Assembly: GCA_003427395.1 (NCBI GenBank)
Contig: BFEA01000001.1
Coordinates: 3,133,226-3,190,378 of the forward strand
Direction: 5' to 3'
From: Chara braunii
Lineage: Eukaryota > Plantae > Charophyceae
Length of the DNA stretch: 57,153 nucleotides
The position numbers and the translations under genes were made by a program. Shown in pieces: positions 38,756 to 51,108 of this stretch. Positions within the stretch are counted from its first letter, which is position 1; each line of letters opens with the position of its first letter. The notes below the pieces were generated by a model, which saw nothing but the letters and a program-made list of their open reading frames with translations, did no database searches and was not told the DNA's origin.

Positions 38756-39517
38756 TGGTCAGAGCATACAAGGACGCCTGGATCCAGGACGAGGCTTTTG
38801 GTCACGAGTTTAAGAGAGGGAGAATCAAGGTAGAAAATCCTAACGTCGTCTCGTATATTCCAAGATCTCAAGACATTACCAACTGGATGCTGACCGAGCG
38901 CACTAACTTCATTGAACTTTCCAATACGACCTATCATACGAAGTTTAAGTCGTGGATGGCGAGAGCGGAGGTCCGGGATTTGAGGAAGAATGTCGATGAC
39001 AACATATTTTGGGTGGTAGCAGTTGGTGTGCCGCTTGACGAGATGGCGTTCATCTACAGTCATGTTGAAAGGGGAATCGGAAGAATTATAAAGCACCATC
39101 AACCAGAGGCCAACGGGACAGACCCGAAATTGGTCCACCTTTGCTTTGATCTGGACCCGTCAGCAAGGGAGAAAGATAAATTTTGGGTCCAGCCTCACCA
39201 GGGCAACCTTCTGGAAGTCCGGATGGCGTCGGCAGAATCCGAACAATGCAGACGATGGCGTACTTTCTTCCTCCTGGAGGATAACTGTAGACATAGCAGC
39301 CGGCAAAACCAAGGTGATGCAGCATCAAGGCCCCCTCAAGCTTCCTCGGCATCTGGCGCGGGTGGTCCCACCTGCCCGTCTTACCAAGGCCCCCTCAGGG
39401 CCCCGGACGCGGCCCCACATCAGAACGCAACTTCAAATCCATCTGCTCCAATGGCCAGCACTCAGCCAGCTGCTCAACCAGACATGCCATCGAACTCTTT
39501 GTCTCAACTCAAACTTC

Positions 39518-39814
39518 CATTTCGTCAAAATGAACATTTTTTATTTTTTGAACGAAATTGAATCCGAGTCTTTTGGCCAAAATTGCCGCTATTGAGGGTC
39601 CGACGTTCTTAAAACGCTGGACCCCTTGGATGTATGTGGACTCCTCTTGAGAACGGATACATCCAGGGGGGAACGCCTGGATGTATCTGGTCTCAAGCGA
39701 AGTCCACATACATCTAGGGGGTCCAACGTTTCAAGAACGATAGACCCTCAGGAGCATCAAATTTGGACAAGTTTTCCGCCAAAAAAGTCGGTTTCAATTC
39801 CGTTTGACGAAATG
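39518..39814. mobile_element. Foldback (long-hairpin) MITE-like insertion
   Basis: CATTTCGTCAAA / TTTGACGAAATG ends; nearly the whole length is self-complementary around a loop at ~39668-39675. Confidence 0.8.
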
Positions 39815-41699
39815 ACATTTCTCATTGGGCCAGCCGATGCAGAGCACGGCCCTCCAAGGCAACATGACAGCAGGGCAACCAAATTCATGGGCAGCCTTGT
39901 TCCAAAATATGTTGATGCACCCGTTTGTATGGCAACAAGCTCAAGCACACCTCGATTCAACTCTGATGGGTAGCCCATCCTTCGTTAATCTTTATGCTTG
40001 TACTTTGTAGAATCAAGCTTTCGGAGGTCAAGGAGGCTCCAACCTGGCTGGAGGACTGGGAGTCGACAACATCAACGATACCCCACCTGGGGTTGCCGCG
40101 ATGGGCGCCAGCAGCTCTCGTGTTCGGGGCGAATCCCCCAGTAAACAACGACGGTTGAGTGATGCGGATGGAATTGATATCCAAGTGGACGGAATCCGAT
40201 CGGAACCTTCTACCACCTCCAGTGAAGGTTCGTACCACTCTATTGCCTCCGGTGGGTCACGTGGCAAGCCACTTCATCAGGTAATGCAAATCTAATCGAC
40301 CTCGTACTGACTCACTCTCGAAAGGCCAATCCGTGTTGGAAACCAAACTCCTCATCGTGTGGGTCTCCGTTACGAACGCCTTATGGGTTATTGCTTGGGC
40401 TGGTTCAGATGGAACCCCTTGCTTGTCTAGCACTTCCTGTCCTGATCCGGCTATGCCCCATGTCACAGAATCAACGACTCGTACTCTCTTCCAAAACAAA
40501 TTCGCCCTGCAAATTCTTGTCGAGGTCTTCATGCCTCGATTTCTGGTCGATGTCGCGGGGAAACGTGCAAATTTTTTTGCTCCCTTGTTCGATGGTCGAT
40601 TTGTCACTAGTCAGTTAGAACAGCTGGAGTCTGAAGGTTGTCGCCTTATTCCCTTTGCGTGGTTCCTGGAAGCCAGGAAACCCGAGCTTCGTCGTATTCG
40701 TGTTTCCTCGGTATTAATCGTTGAGTTTTTGTACGAGCTGAATGCCAAGCTCTTGAGGGAGCGTAAGTTGGACTCCTCTTTCATTAAGCAATCCCTTACT
40801 GACCCGTGGCCGGTAATACAAGTCGCGGTACAAGCAGCCCCCTTTGCCCTTACTCGCTCCTTACGCCAGGGTTGTCCGCTCGCCCCATTGTTTTCTGTTC
40901 TTCAAATGGAAAACCTCCAACGCAATATCAAGGCGCATCTGGAGATAGTTGACTTAGCTGACGACTTCTTTGCTATCTCAGGTAATGCAGTCCGTTCCTT
41001 GCAAGTCTTAAAACTCTGCCTTGATGAGTACTCGGAGCTATCGGAAGCCTCGGTCAATTGGGCTAAATCTGTTTTTTTTCCTCTCCAACCAGTTCATCCC
41101 AGCGATCAACTGGGGTATGAATCATATAAAGGCAGGCTCGTCTGAAAGATTCCTCGGGGTTCAAGTTTCATTCATATCGTGCTCGGTAGATCAAGGGGGA
41201 ATCCTTCTTCAAAAGGTACTGCAAAGAGTCTCTCTATGGGGGAAAGCCCCTCGTTTGTCCATTTATGCGCTAGTTCTGGTAATCAACGGTGCCCTCTTCG
41301 CTCTGTTATGGTTTGTGGCAGCTGTCAGGCTGCTAGGTAAACACTTGTGCTCCCCGATTAGACGCCGGGCGGCCAAATTCATTTGGAAACCCTTTGCCTC
41401 TGATCAGGAGACCTTCATGTCAAAGGTCGCTTGGGACCTGTTAACTTTCACAAAGACTGAAGGTGGTCTGGGATTAATTGACCCTTAACGTAGAAGTCTG
41501 GCAATGCTTGTCCACTGGCTTATCAAAGTCATGTGCTCTACACAGCCAACTCATTGGATTGCGCTCGCTGAGTCCCTCCTAGCCGATGAATGGAATCTGC
41601 CTCGCCCTTCTGATGTATGGACATGCTTCCTTTTGTTGTCGCCAGAATAGAAATATTAAATCCGAATTCTGGAAGGCCATGATGTACGCCTGGAAACTC

Positions 41700-42215
41700 C
41701 TGAAACCTGACTCTTGGCTCCACCCAGTTACAAAGACAGAAGTTTTGCTGCAGCCCGTGTTTGAAATCCTCACATTAGAAGAGCTGATGATTCCTGGTTT
41801 GGGCCAGATACAGCCCATAATAGCTTCGGTCGTAGTTGGATTGAACGAGGGGTCCTCAGAATAGCCAATCTGTGGAACAACCTGGAAGGTCAATGGCATT
41901 CTCCACCTACCCTATGGGAGGTCCTAGGTTCATGCTGGTTTCTGGAAGATATGCCTGAAAACGCCGGAAACCTGACTCTTGGCTTCACCCAGTTACAAAG
42001 ACAGAAGTTTTGCTGCAGCCCATATTTGAAAATCCTCACATTAGAAGAGTTGATGGTTCCTGATTTGGGCCAGATACAGCCCGTAATAGCTTCGTTCGTA
42101 GTTGAATTGAACGAGGGATCCTCAGAATAGCCGATCTGTGGAATGACCTGGAAGGTCAATGGCATTCTCCAGCTACCCTAAGGGAGGTCCTAGGTTCATG
42201 CTGGTTTGTGGAAGA
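41700..42215. repeat. Tandem duplication (~265 bp x2) within the LINE
   Basis: GAAACCTGACTCTTGGCT...GGTCCTAGGTTCATGCTGGTTT occurs twice. Confidence 0.9.
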
Positions 42216-42284
42216 ATGCTTCCCAGAGATTCTTTCTCTCCCTCCTGCATGGAAATCCTTACTGGATCGAGAAGGCACGGACCC

Positions 42285-42536
<252 letters not shown>

Positions 42537-43900
42537 AAGGCACGGACCCCCCTGGCACATGGTATGTATCCAAAAACCTGGACTCATCCTCTGCATTCTG
42601 GAAATTTACAGGGTTGGACGACCTAGGAAGAAGGGATTTTCATTGTTGGGTAGGCATCAATGAGCAGGCCCCCTCTACGTTGGTCCAACTCGAGTCCCCC
42701 TCTCACCCCCCACTGGGCTCCCAATTACTTCAGATTAGAGTTTGGGAATGGTGTGATGAGGAAGGTAATTGGACGTGCGAAGTACATGCCCCAGGTAAGC
42801 CCTTGAAGCTCTTAAAACCCAAGAATGTGTGGTTGGAAAGGCCGAGGACAAGGAGGGGAGGACCTGCCACTAATTTCATACTCAGTCGACTTGGGTTATC
42901 AAACACAGGCTCCGTCCACATCCCGCATGGCTGTGGGAGTATCACGGTGGAACCAAGGCTTGGACTGTCAACCATTAGTAATTGAACACCATCTTTTTGT
43001 TTTGTTTTGTTTTGCTCAAACCCCCTCCAGTGCTAGTGAACACCATCTATCACGTTGTTGGAAACAGTTGGCTGCTGCAACCTACCCCAGACTGGCTGGA
43101 AATTCGTGGCTGTTATCTCTCTTACTCCATCAGCTGCCAACTTAGCGCAGAGGGGAATGAGGATCGACCCGACGTGTAAAAGGTGCAACTGGGCATACGA
43201 ATCAACCCCGCACTTGTAGTACGATTGTCCTGCCTCCAAGCGAATCTGGGATTGGTGGGCTGAACACTGGACACAACTTTTAGGCTCAGACCTCAAATGG
43301 GACAGAGATTGGGCTTTGCTGGGAGGAATCCCATACATTTTGGACACGAAGAAAGGCATTGGCTATATTGCCCAGGCTGCAAGAGTAGTTTGCTGTGCAG
43401 TGATCTGGAAAAGCAGGAACCTCCAGATCTTTGAGAATAGAGAGATGTCAAACAAGGAACTGAGGCACATGGCTCGTTCTTCACTGAGACAGATCCTCCA
43501 GGCCGAATGAATGGAGGAGGAAAGCTGGGGATTCTTGGTCCAATTTGTTTGGTGATACATGGTGGATTAGGAGGCAAGTTAGCAAGTTTTGAGAATGGAA
43601 AAGTGACTCTGAACAGTTGGTTTTGGAAAGCCTTAGGGCAGACTACATGCTGGGGGTTAGGTATTGACTGGGGGGAAGAACCTGCACACTCGGTTCCATT
43701 TTCCAAAGGAGGAAGGCAAGTTGGCTGCTAGCGGAAGGAGCGGTTGTAGTAGTAGTAGGGTTTGACCGGTCCTCCTGGACCAGACTGTCGCATCAGACAG
43801 CGGTTACTAGTTTTGGATTGAAGGTAGGGAATGTCGGAGCAGTAGATAGATACTGTTCGAGGATCCATAATATAGTGTCAGGATGATTCTTAGAGGTTAA

Positions 43901-44078
43901 ACCACCAGTACATGGGCACCTGGGGCACGGGTCTGACACCTCAAATTCTGGAGGCGCAAAACGAAAAAGGGCCGCCGGTCAAATTTATCAACGGCGGGCC
44001 CAGCATTTGACGTTTTCGGCCTCGGTTTCTTGTGGCGACAAGTTTCGGACTGCAAGGCTGGGGCCGTGTACTGGTGCT
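43901..44078. mobile_element. TTAA-flanked MITE (ACCACCAGTAC family)
   Basis: TTAA-ACCACCAGTACA...TGTACTGGTGCT-TTAA. Confidence 0.82.
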
Positions 44079-44589
44079 TTAAAAGGATGGATAGTGTTCG
44101 GATGGTTCTATGTTATTTTTGGATTGTTGGGCTTTGCAGGCTTGTAGCATTGTTATATTATCAGGGTCTGAGTTTTGAGGACAGCAGCCCATAATTATTT
44201 CCCTGTGCCTTGATATTATTCAGCCCTGCTTGGTTTTAGAGTTAATTTGAGATTGTTTGAGTATGCCGTGAGCATAACTCGCAGGCTACTGCCTGTAAAC
44301 GAAGCTGGCTGATGCTGCCAGATACTCCAGGTTGAATTGTGAGGTCCCCGGCCTCTTGATACCTTTAAAATGTAATTGAATTGAAGGGAAAAAAAAAAAA
44401 AAAAAAAAAAANGATTGCGGTCCGAAAGTATCCGTTGGGCATTTTCTTTTTGTTTTTGTTTCCCCTCTGACACCACGGCCGGCCCCTGGCCATCGGTACT
44501 TCCGTGCCTTTTCGAACTCGGGCGGTTTCCTCTGCCGCGTTTTTTTGGCCCATTCAATACTCAAAGGTCACATAAACGTGCTTACCCCA

Positions 44590-45405
44590 AAAAGGAAAGT
44601 GCCAACGTTACTGTGAAGCCCTGATATTGAAAGGGCTGGCAGGCACTGAATGCTCCCCATGAGAGGGGGGAAGAAAAACCGGTGGAGATACATTTTCCAA
44701 AAAAAGAAAAGACAAAAAAAAAACAAAGGGGAAAAGGGACACAAGCTCTGAACGTGGTTGCGCTCAGATTCATCCACAGCAGCCGGATACATTCTGGAAA
44801 TTGCTAACGTTACTGTGAAGCCCTGACATTGAAAGGGCTGGCAGGCATTGAATGCTCCCCGTCTCTCACCCTGAGCACTTCCTCCAAAAAGAGGAAGAAC
44901 AGAATTTGAGCATTTGTAGGACCTCTGTGGTGGCGTGTTTTAGGGCATACTCACACTAGCAGTATCTGAAATGCATCTGACCGCATTCACCACCATACCT
45001 GGATGCCTGGATGAATCCGGCCGAAATTCCATCCAAAAATACGTAAAAAAGTCACAGTGTGAGTATGCCCTTATTGTGGCCAGACCTTTTTTCTGAAGTT
45101 TGTCGTAGTAATTTTTGAAGTCGTTCAAATTTTCTTAGCCAAAGCCGGGTAATGGCCCCGGTATCTCAAACTTTCAAAATTCTTATGTAAATTTCCATAT
45201 GGGGCGCTGGGCCTGGTTCCCAGCACGTGCTGCTCCCCTCGAATAGATTGGAGCCTTGTCTTTCTTAAAAAAAAAAAAAAAAAAAAACAAGAACAAGGGG
45301 AAACCAAGCTCTGAACGTGATTGCCCTCAGATTCATCAACTGCTTCCCATAAGTGCTGCCAGATACATTCTGGGAAGTGCTAACGATATAGTGAAGCCCT
45401 CAAAT
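44590..45405. repeat. Further copies of the ~200-bp family plus a hairpin-module element (~45130-45290)
   Basis: GTGCCAACGTTACTGTGAAGCCCTGA-ATTGAAAGGGCTGGCAGGCA-TGAATGCTCCCC x2; GCCGGGTAATGGCCCCGGTATCTCAAA...GGAGCC followed by an A-run. Confidence 0.75.
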
Positions 45406-45723
45406 GATTCCGAAAAAGAAAAAAGGAAAGCATTCCCATTGCTTTTATTTTTCCCTCCTTTTCTCCTCACTCCCTTCAGCTTCCACGCGCCTCCACATGC
45501 ACCACAGGAAACCAACAGGAAATCTTGCAGCCCACTTGACCCTTTTTCTTCCACATGCACCACAGCAAACCAACAGGAAATCTTGCAGCCCACTTGCCCC
45601 TTTTCCCTGGGCCCGCGGGCTTCCTCCCCGGTCGTGCTGCAAGCCTGATGCCGAACCCCTTTTTGCTTCCGTATTAATCGCCACGTGTTTTTTTTCAAGC
45701 GGGCCGAGGTACTCATGGTTTGA

Positions 45724-45873
45724 ACCACCAGTACTTGGCCCAGCTGTCGGCCGCCGAAAAAAATGGAGTAGAAACGTTTCTAGTCGGAAGAATTCGGGCA
45801 CTCCTGTAGTGGACCGTACGTTTCCTAAAACCGTGGCTCGTTAACCGGGACGACTTTAGGAAGTACTCGTGGT
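45724..45873. mobile_element. ACCACCAGTAC-family MITE
   Basis: TTGA-ACCACCAGTACTT...AAGTACTCGTGGT-TTAA. Confidence 0.75.
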
Positions 45874-46238
45874 TTAAGGTTGACAAGCATAAATTGAGGA
45901 ATGGTCCAGGCTTGCCCATGATTCGCCTAGCCTTGGGTAAGCTGGGCCAGTCCGGGCTTGACGGTTGAGTCTGCCTAGCCCTTGTGCATCAGTAGGAATG
46001 TGGATAGTAATCGTGGGCCCTATAGAACACTGCTTGAGCCTGGCATCCTAAGTACCGTGTGACAAGGTTTGCCCAACTATGCTTCAATCCCGCCGACAGA
46101 ACGTACTGAGAGCGCGAGCGCGCGGGGAACAAACCGGCCGACGGGCTCAGCGGTCTTGAAACCCAACGCTTCGGAGTTACCGAGGAAGACGGAAGACGTT
46201 GACGTCACCACTGAAGTCTGCTCGTAGGTCAGTCAGCA

Positions 46239-47486
46239 ATGGAGCGACTGGGATTGACTGAAGGGGCAGGTGGAGAGGTAGGCGAGATGGTGGCATTTCG
46301 TGGTCAGCGTGGAGAAGGCCTCCTTGCTCAGGGAACAACACACGTGGAGCTTCTACAGGAGACAGGTTTATCAGAGAATCTTCAACAGCAAGCAGATGAA
46401 TGGGTGGCCGAGCTGGAAGACACGCAACAGCATATGCAACAGATTGTTGGAGCCTTGGCCTCCGTGGCCCAGGTCGGGTCGGTGGTGGATTGGGGGGGAT
46501 CTACCATGACCACATGGCTCGAGGGTAAGTACCAACAACTGTCAACTATCCTCTGGCAGATTGTGGAGGATCCAGCAATGGATCCTTTTGTAGATTGGCA
46601 GCGGGCTGACTCTCTGATAACCAATTGTAACATGATTTTCAGCCAGGGAGTAGATTACTACGACGAGTTGAAGGAGAGGCTGCCGATTGAAACATCTACA
46701 ATAGGGATAACCGCTTCAACAACAGTGACGGCGCGTGCGACTACGATTTCAGCGACAGCGACAATCACATCTGATTCAATGACATCAACCATAACAACAG
46801 TGCATGCGATGATGCCATCTGCAACGGCGTCGAATACATCGACAACATCACCAACGTTGATTTCATCGACCATCAACACGTCGGTGTTGACTTCACTACT
46901 TGCATCTGCAGCAGTTTCAGTGACGTCTCTACCATCACCGACATCAGTAACGAATGCTTCGTCTCAAATAACGGCAACAAGGTTTGCGGACGCGACTACT
47001 CGCAAGACTGCCGGTTGCAACAACAACAACAACAAAAATAACAATAATATTGACGCTGTGGTAAGGGCAATTGGGCATCCCCTTTCCCCCCCCCTTCTCC
47101 CTCCCCTCTTGCTTGTCTTCTCACGCTTTTTCGGGGTTGACTGGGGGGAAGGGCGACTGGGTAGGTCGAATCGATTGTTCGGCAAACCAGAAAGTGTGCG
47201 GGGGAGCGAGAAGTGGGATCATGGTGGAGTAAAGGGGTGGGATAGCAACTTCCAGATCGCCAAGGTGGATAGGGTGGCTTGTGATTGTCTGCTTTTCCAC
47301 ATCCAACGCTGGCCACGTGGCAACAGGGCAGGTCGGGTTTGCCCATGTGGTCGTTCAGCGATATGCCATGTGGAATATGTGCTTTCAATTTTTTGTGTTT
47401 CTACATATTGGTCACGTGGCAGGGAAGGAGGTGCTGGGAAGATCGGCACCAATGCCTATGCGATTGACTTGTGTTCTGTCACGTGA
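46239..47486 (+). CDS. Hypothetical ORF: helical acidic N-terminus and Thr/Ser-rich tract, probably TE-derived
   Basis: 415-codon ATG-initiated ORF. The first ~150 aa look like a real helical protein; the C-terminal third looks like non-coding read-through. Confidence 0.3.
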   Translation: MERLGLTEGAGGEVGEMVAFRGQRGEGLLAQGTTHVELLQETGLSENLQQQADEWVAELEDTQQHMQQIVGALASVAQVGSVVDWGGSTMTTWLEGKYQQLSTILWQIVEDPAMDPFVDWQRADSLITNCNMIFSQGVDYYDELKERLPIETSTIGITASTTVTARATTISATATITSDSMTSTITTVHAMMPSATASNTSTTSPTLISSTINTSVLTSLLASAAVSVTSLPSPTSVTNASSQITATRFADATTRKTAGCNNNNNKNNNNIDAVVRAIGHPLSPPLLPPLLLVFSRFFGVDWGEGRLGRSNRLFGKPESVRGSEKWDHGGVKGWDSNFQIAKVDRVACDCLLFHIQRWPRGNRAGRVCPCGRSAICHVEYVLSIFCVSTYWSRGREGGAGKIGTNAYAIDLCSVT

Positions 47487-49035
47487 ATATTGCGAGTTGA
47501 CCTTTTTTCATTTTCTATAAACATGGATTCTCACCGCGTGGCAGGGTAGGAAGTGCAGTGGTGCTAGGCATCCAGGTTGTATATGTCGTTGTTTTGCTCT
47601 CCTGCTACGTGGGTATTTTGCTTTGAATTTGTCTGCAATAGGGCTTTCCACCACTTGAGTGGTTTGTAGTTAATTACGATCGTGGGGAGGAAGCTCAATA
47701 TAACTACTGATAAACCGCTAAATTATCTCGCCCTGCAATCAAGTTCTATGCCTTATCGGAGTCTCCCCCACTCCTCACGGTAGGGCGGAGATTGATTCTG
47801 CACACAATGGGGTTAATCCTTCCCCACCTGGGGAAGCAATGAATGCCCCGTGATTATGCTACAGTCGTATTATGCAGGGAAGCTGTCTCCAGGGGAGCAG
47901 TGGCTGAGGCTCTTCCAGCCCTAATGGGAAGAGGCGTGGGTATAAGCTTGTAATCAAATTCGTAATTGGAGCCTTGGGCACTGGGCCCTTTGAAAAAAAA
48001 AAAAAAAAAAAAGGAAAAAAAAAAGGGCTGGGAGATGGTGTCAGTAACTGCTATTCGGTCCAAGTTACCCCTGAGATGGTGGGGCGATAGTCTTGAGTGA
48101 TTCACACTGAGGTAAGATAGTGGGAATTGGGGTGCGCTAGGAGAATCGATGAGAGGATGGGTAGGGAGGCCGTCTTATAAAAATGGAACAACGGATGGCT
48201 AGCTGAGATTGCAACTACCGTGTGTGTCCGGCACCTGGCCTCTACAACGGATGACAGGTACCTTCATCAAAATATACATCGGGTTTGGTGCAAATGCTTG
48301 TTCACAAGTGAAATTATTTTTATTTTATTCTTTTCTGATGTGACCGAACTAAGGCTTGGACCCCACTGGCCGGCAGCCTGGAAAAGTTTTTCCGCCGACA
48401 TCATTTCGGGACGCCACCAGGCCGCCAGGAACAGTTCGCAGCCAAAGGCTGCGCCTTACCCGGTTCGGCTTTTTTGTCGTCTTGCGTATTTCTTTTTAAG
48501 GCAGGTTTTCGTCGTTTAAGCGGGGTTTAGATCGCGTCGACAGGTGCTTCTGAAGGGTGCCGTCGCAAACGTAAAAAGGACCGGTCGTGTCAGAGCTTAG
48601 AGGCTCAGCGACCGGTGGCGGGCTGGGAGGTCGTTCATGTAATGACGGTGGTCGGCGCCTATCGTGTGGTTTCAGTTTCCTTTTTGGGAAGAAGGCCGGA
48701 GGACTCTCGATGTGAAAAATGAGACTGGATCCACCATTGGGACATGGAAAGATACATTGCGATCTTTTTTTGTGCATGTGGAGAGTGGCGCAGCGAGCCA
48801 GGGAAAAAAGAACTGGATCCACCATTGGAACATGGAAATATACATTGCTATCTTTTTTGTCTTTTGCGCATCTTTTGTGCATGTGGAAAGTCGCGCAGCG
48901 AACCAGGGAAAAAAGAAGAAAAAAAGAAGACAGAAGGAAATGTGCCGTTTATTTTTTTTTTGTGTCCCCGCTCCCCCCCCCAAACCGTTGAGATAGATAT
49001 ATCCCAACCGTTGGTAGGCAACGACGCTGTACCTG

Positions 49036-49052
49036 CCGCGTTTCCCGTCGAG

Positions 49053-49131
<79 letters not shown>
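49036..49131. repeat. (AG)n microsatellite followed by a gap (49133-49372)
   Basis: Direct reading. Confidence 0.95.
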
Positions 49132-49132
<1 letters not shown>

Positions 49133-50255
49133 NNNNNNNNNNNNNNNNNNNNNNNNNNNNNNNNNNNNNNNNNNNNNNNNNNNNNNNNNNNNNNNNNNNN
49201 NNNNNNNNNNNNNNNNNNNNNNNNNNNNNNNNNNNNNNNNNNNNNNNNNNNNNNNNNNNNNNNNNNNNNNNNNNNNNNNNNNNNNNNNNNNNNNNNNNNN
49301 NNNNNNNNNNNNNNNNNNNNNNNNNNNNNNNNNNNNNNNNNNNNNNNNNNNNNNNNNNNNNNNNNNNNNNNNAGTTGTCCATAAGCTCAATACTGTGTAC
49401 TGGAAGGGCTGCTCCATGAGGATTAGGTTACAGCTTCTCTGCTGCGTTATAACATCTTAACTTACAACTCTCGGCGTACTCCGGCCCCTTTTTACATGCT
49501 TGCTCGGGTTGCATCTTTCCTCCCTTGCTAAATCTTCATAGTACCGGTATATTGGTAAAAGACACAAGACACCTTTTGAATCACCAGGGCNNNCCAAAGA
49601 TCNACCTTCATGATAATTCTCAGGCGCCTCGAACAACCATCTGGTTGTCTTTGTAGTATCAGGTGGAAGATCACTAGGAGTCGCAATAGCATGAGGACTG
49701 TATTATTGCTCGTCCGGAGTGGTTATATTCTGCGGTTTCATGGAACATATGTTTAGTGAGTATGCTGACCCTTGGGTTGATTAATGTGGCAGCAACTGTC
49801 ATAATACAGTTAGGTATCACAGAGAGAATATCAGACAGTTGCAGCAGCTGGGGTAGTGCCCGTTAAGAGAAAACCAAAAAAACTGATCCAGAATCTGGAC
49901 GTTTTTGTGTAGATGTGCAGAAAGTCGCAACCCCCCTAAGTGCACAACACCCGGGCTCCGCATGACTACAACAAAGACCCTGGCTGCGCCACCACGCGTA
50001 GCGTGGTCTAACAGTTTTTGGGAAAAGACCCCATCGCCATTCTGGAAAGACTGCTGACCGTGTTTCGACATGGCTGGCGGCTGGAAAAGCCTGCACCAGA
50101 AACGAGCAGTTGTTTTGCAAAGTCCCCTCGGGCAGTTGTTTACACTCAAAAAAAAAAAAAAAACAGACCATAACGGGGCAGAACCATCCCCTATATTGCT
50201 TTTGCACTCCCTCAAAAAATTTTTACCCTTAAAAAAAAAAACTTTGGCCCGTGAG

Positions 50256-50299
<44 letters not shown>

Positions 50300-50311
50300 T
50301 TTCACTCCTTA

Positions 50312-50794
50312 GGGTCTCTTTAGACACTCCTACGAATGCCAGTTTTTAGGAATGCAGTGTTGTTACACCCATTCCTAAAAGCTACTTCCTGAAAAAACAA
50401 GTGAAAACAGCGTTACGCCTACTCCTAAAAAAATTTGGAATCCCCAGCCAAAAAGTACCCAAAAAATAAAGCTCCTCGCGAGGAGCTTTAAAATTCGAGA
50501 GGAAGTCCTTCGGGACATCCGTTAAAATTGGAACGATACAGAGAAGGGTGATTAGCATGGCCCCTGCGCAAGGATGACACGCATAAATCGAGAAAAATTC
50601 GAGAGGAACAAGGTGTCCCTGCGGAGAGGGCATCCTCCGAAGTTGAACCCTGGTGGCACCCTATTGGCTGAAACCCTGACCCTAAACAATGTTTTTCAAG
50701 GAATGCGTGTAACGGCAACGAAACAATTCCTAAAATTATTTTAGGACTGGTCCTAAACCTTTTAGGATACCTTTAGGAGTGTCTAGCGAGCCCC
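50312..50794. mobile_element. Tourist/PIF-Harbinger-like MITE hosting the U6 copy
   Basis: TIR GGGTCTCTTTAGACACTCCTA / TAGGAGTGTCTAGCGAGCCCC; 3-bp flanks TTA and TTG; internal TCCTAAAA/TTTTAGGA motifs. Confidence 0.7.
50505..50595 (+). pseudogene. U6: Retroposed 3'-truncated U6 snRNA copy
   Basis: GTCCTTCGGGACATCCG-TAAAATTGGAACGATACAGAGAAG(GGTG)ATTAGCATGGCCCCTGCGCAAGGATGACACGCATAAATCGAGAAA matches plant U6. It lacks the 3' terminal segment and U-tail and is flanked by the 15-bp TSD AAAATTCGAGAGGAA. Confidence 0.93.
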
Positions 50795-50802
50795 TTGGGC
50801 AC

Positions 50803-51108
50803 GAACATTATTTCGTAGGCAGAATGACTTCTGTTTTTTTTTTTTCTCTGATGGGGCAGAATATAGTCCGCATCGCTGATCGTTTTCAGAATTCTTCGTC
50901 ACCGGAAACGAGGACTAAAAATCGTCCAACTGTGGTCCCCAACATTATTTCGTAGGCAGGGGCAGAACATAGTCTGCACGTTATTTCGTAGGCAGAATGA
51001 CTTCTGTTTTCTGTTTCTCTGATGGGGCAGAGTATAGTCTGCATCGCTGATCTTTTTCAGAATTCTTCGTCGCGGAAATGAGGACTAAAAATCGTCCAAA
51101 TTGTGGTA
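50803..51108. repeat. Tandem duplication, ~175-bp unit x2
   Basis: TTATTTCGTAGGCAGAATGACTTCTG...GAGGACTAAAAATCGTCCAA occurs twice. Confidence 0.85.

Noticed and set aside
45201-45254. Hairpin module as an HDV or hammerhead ribozyme
   Set aside because: I could not build the nested pseudoknot or find a CUGAnGA/GAAA core by eye; it is kept only as a structured 3' signal.
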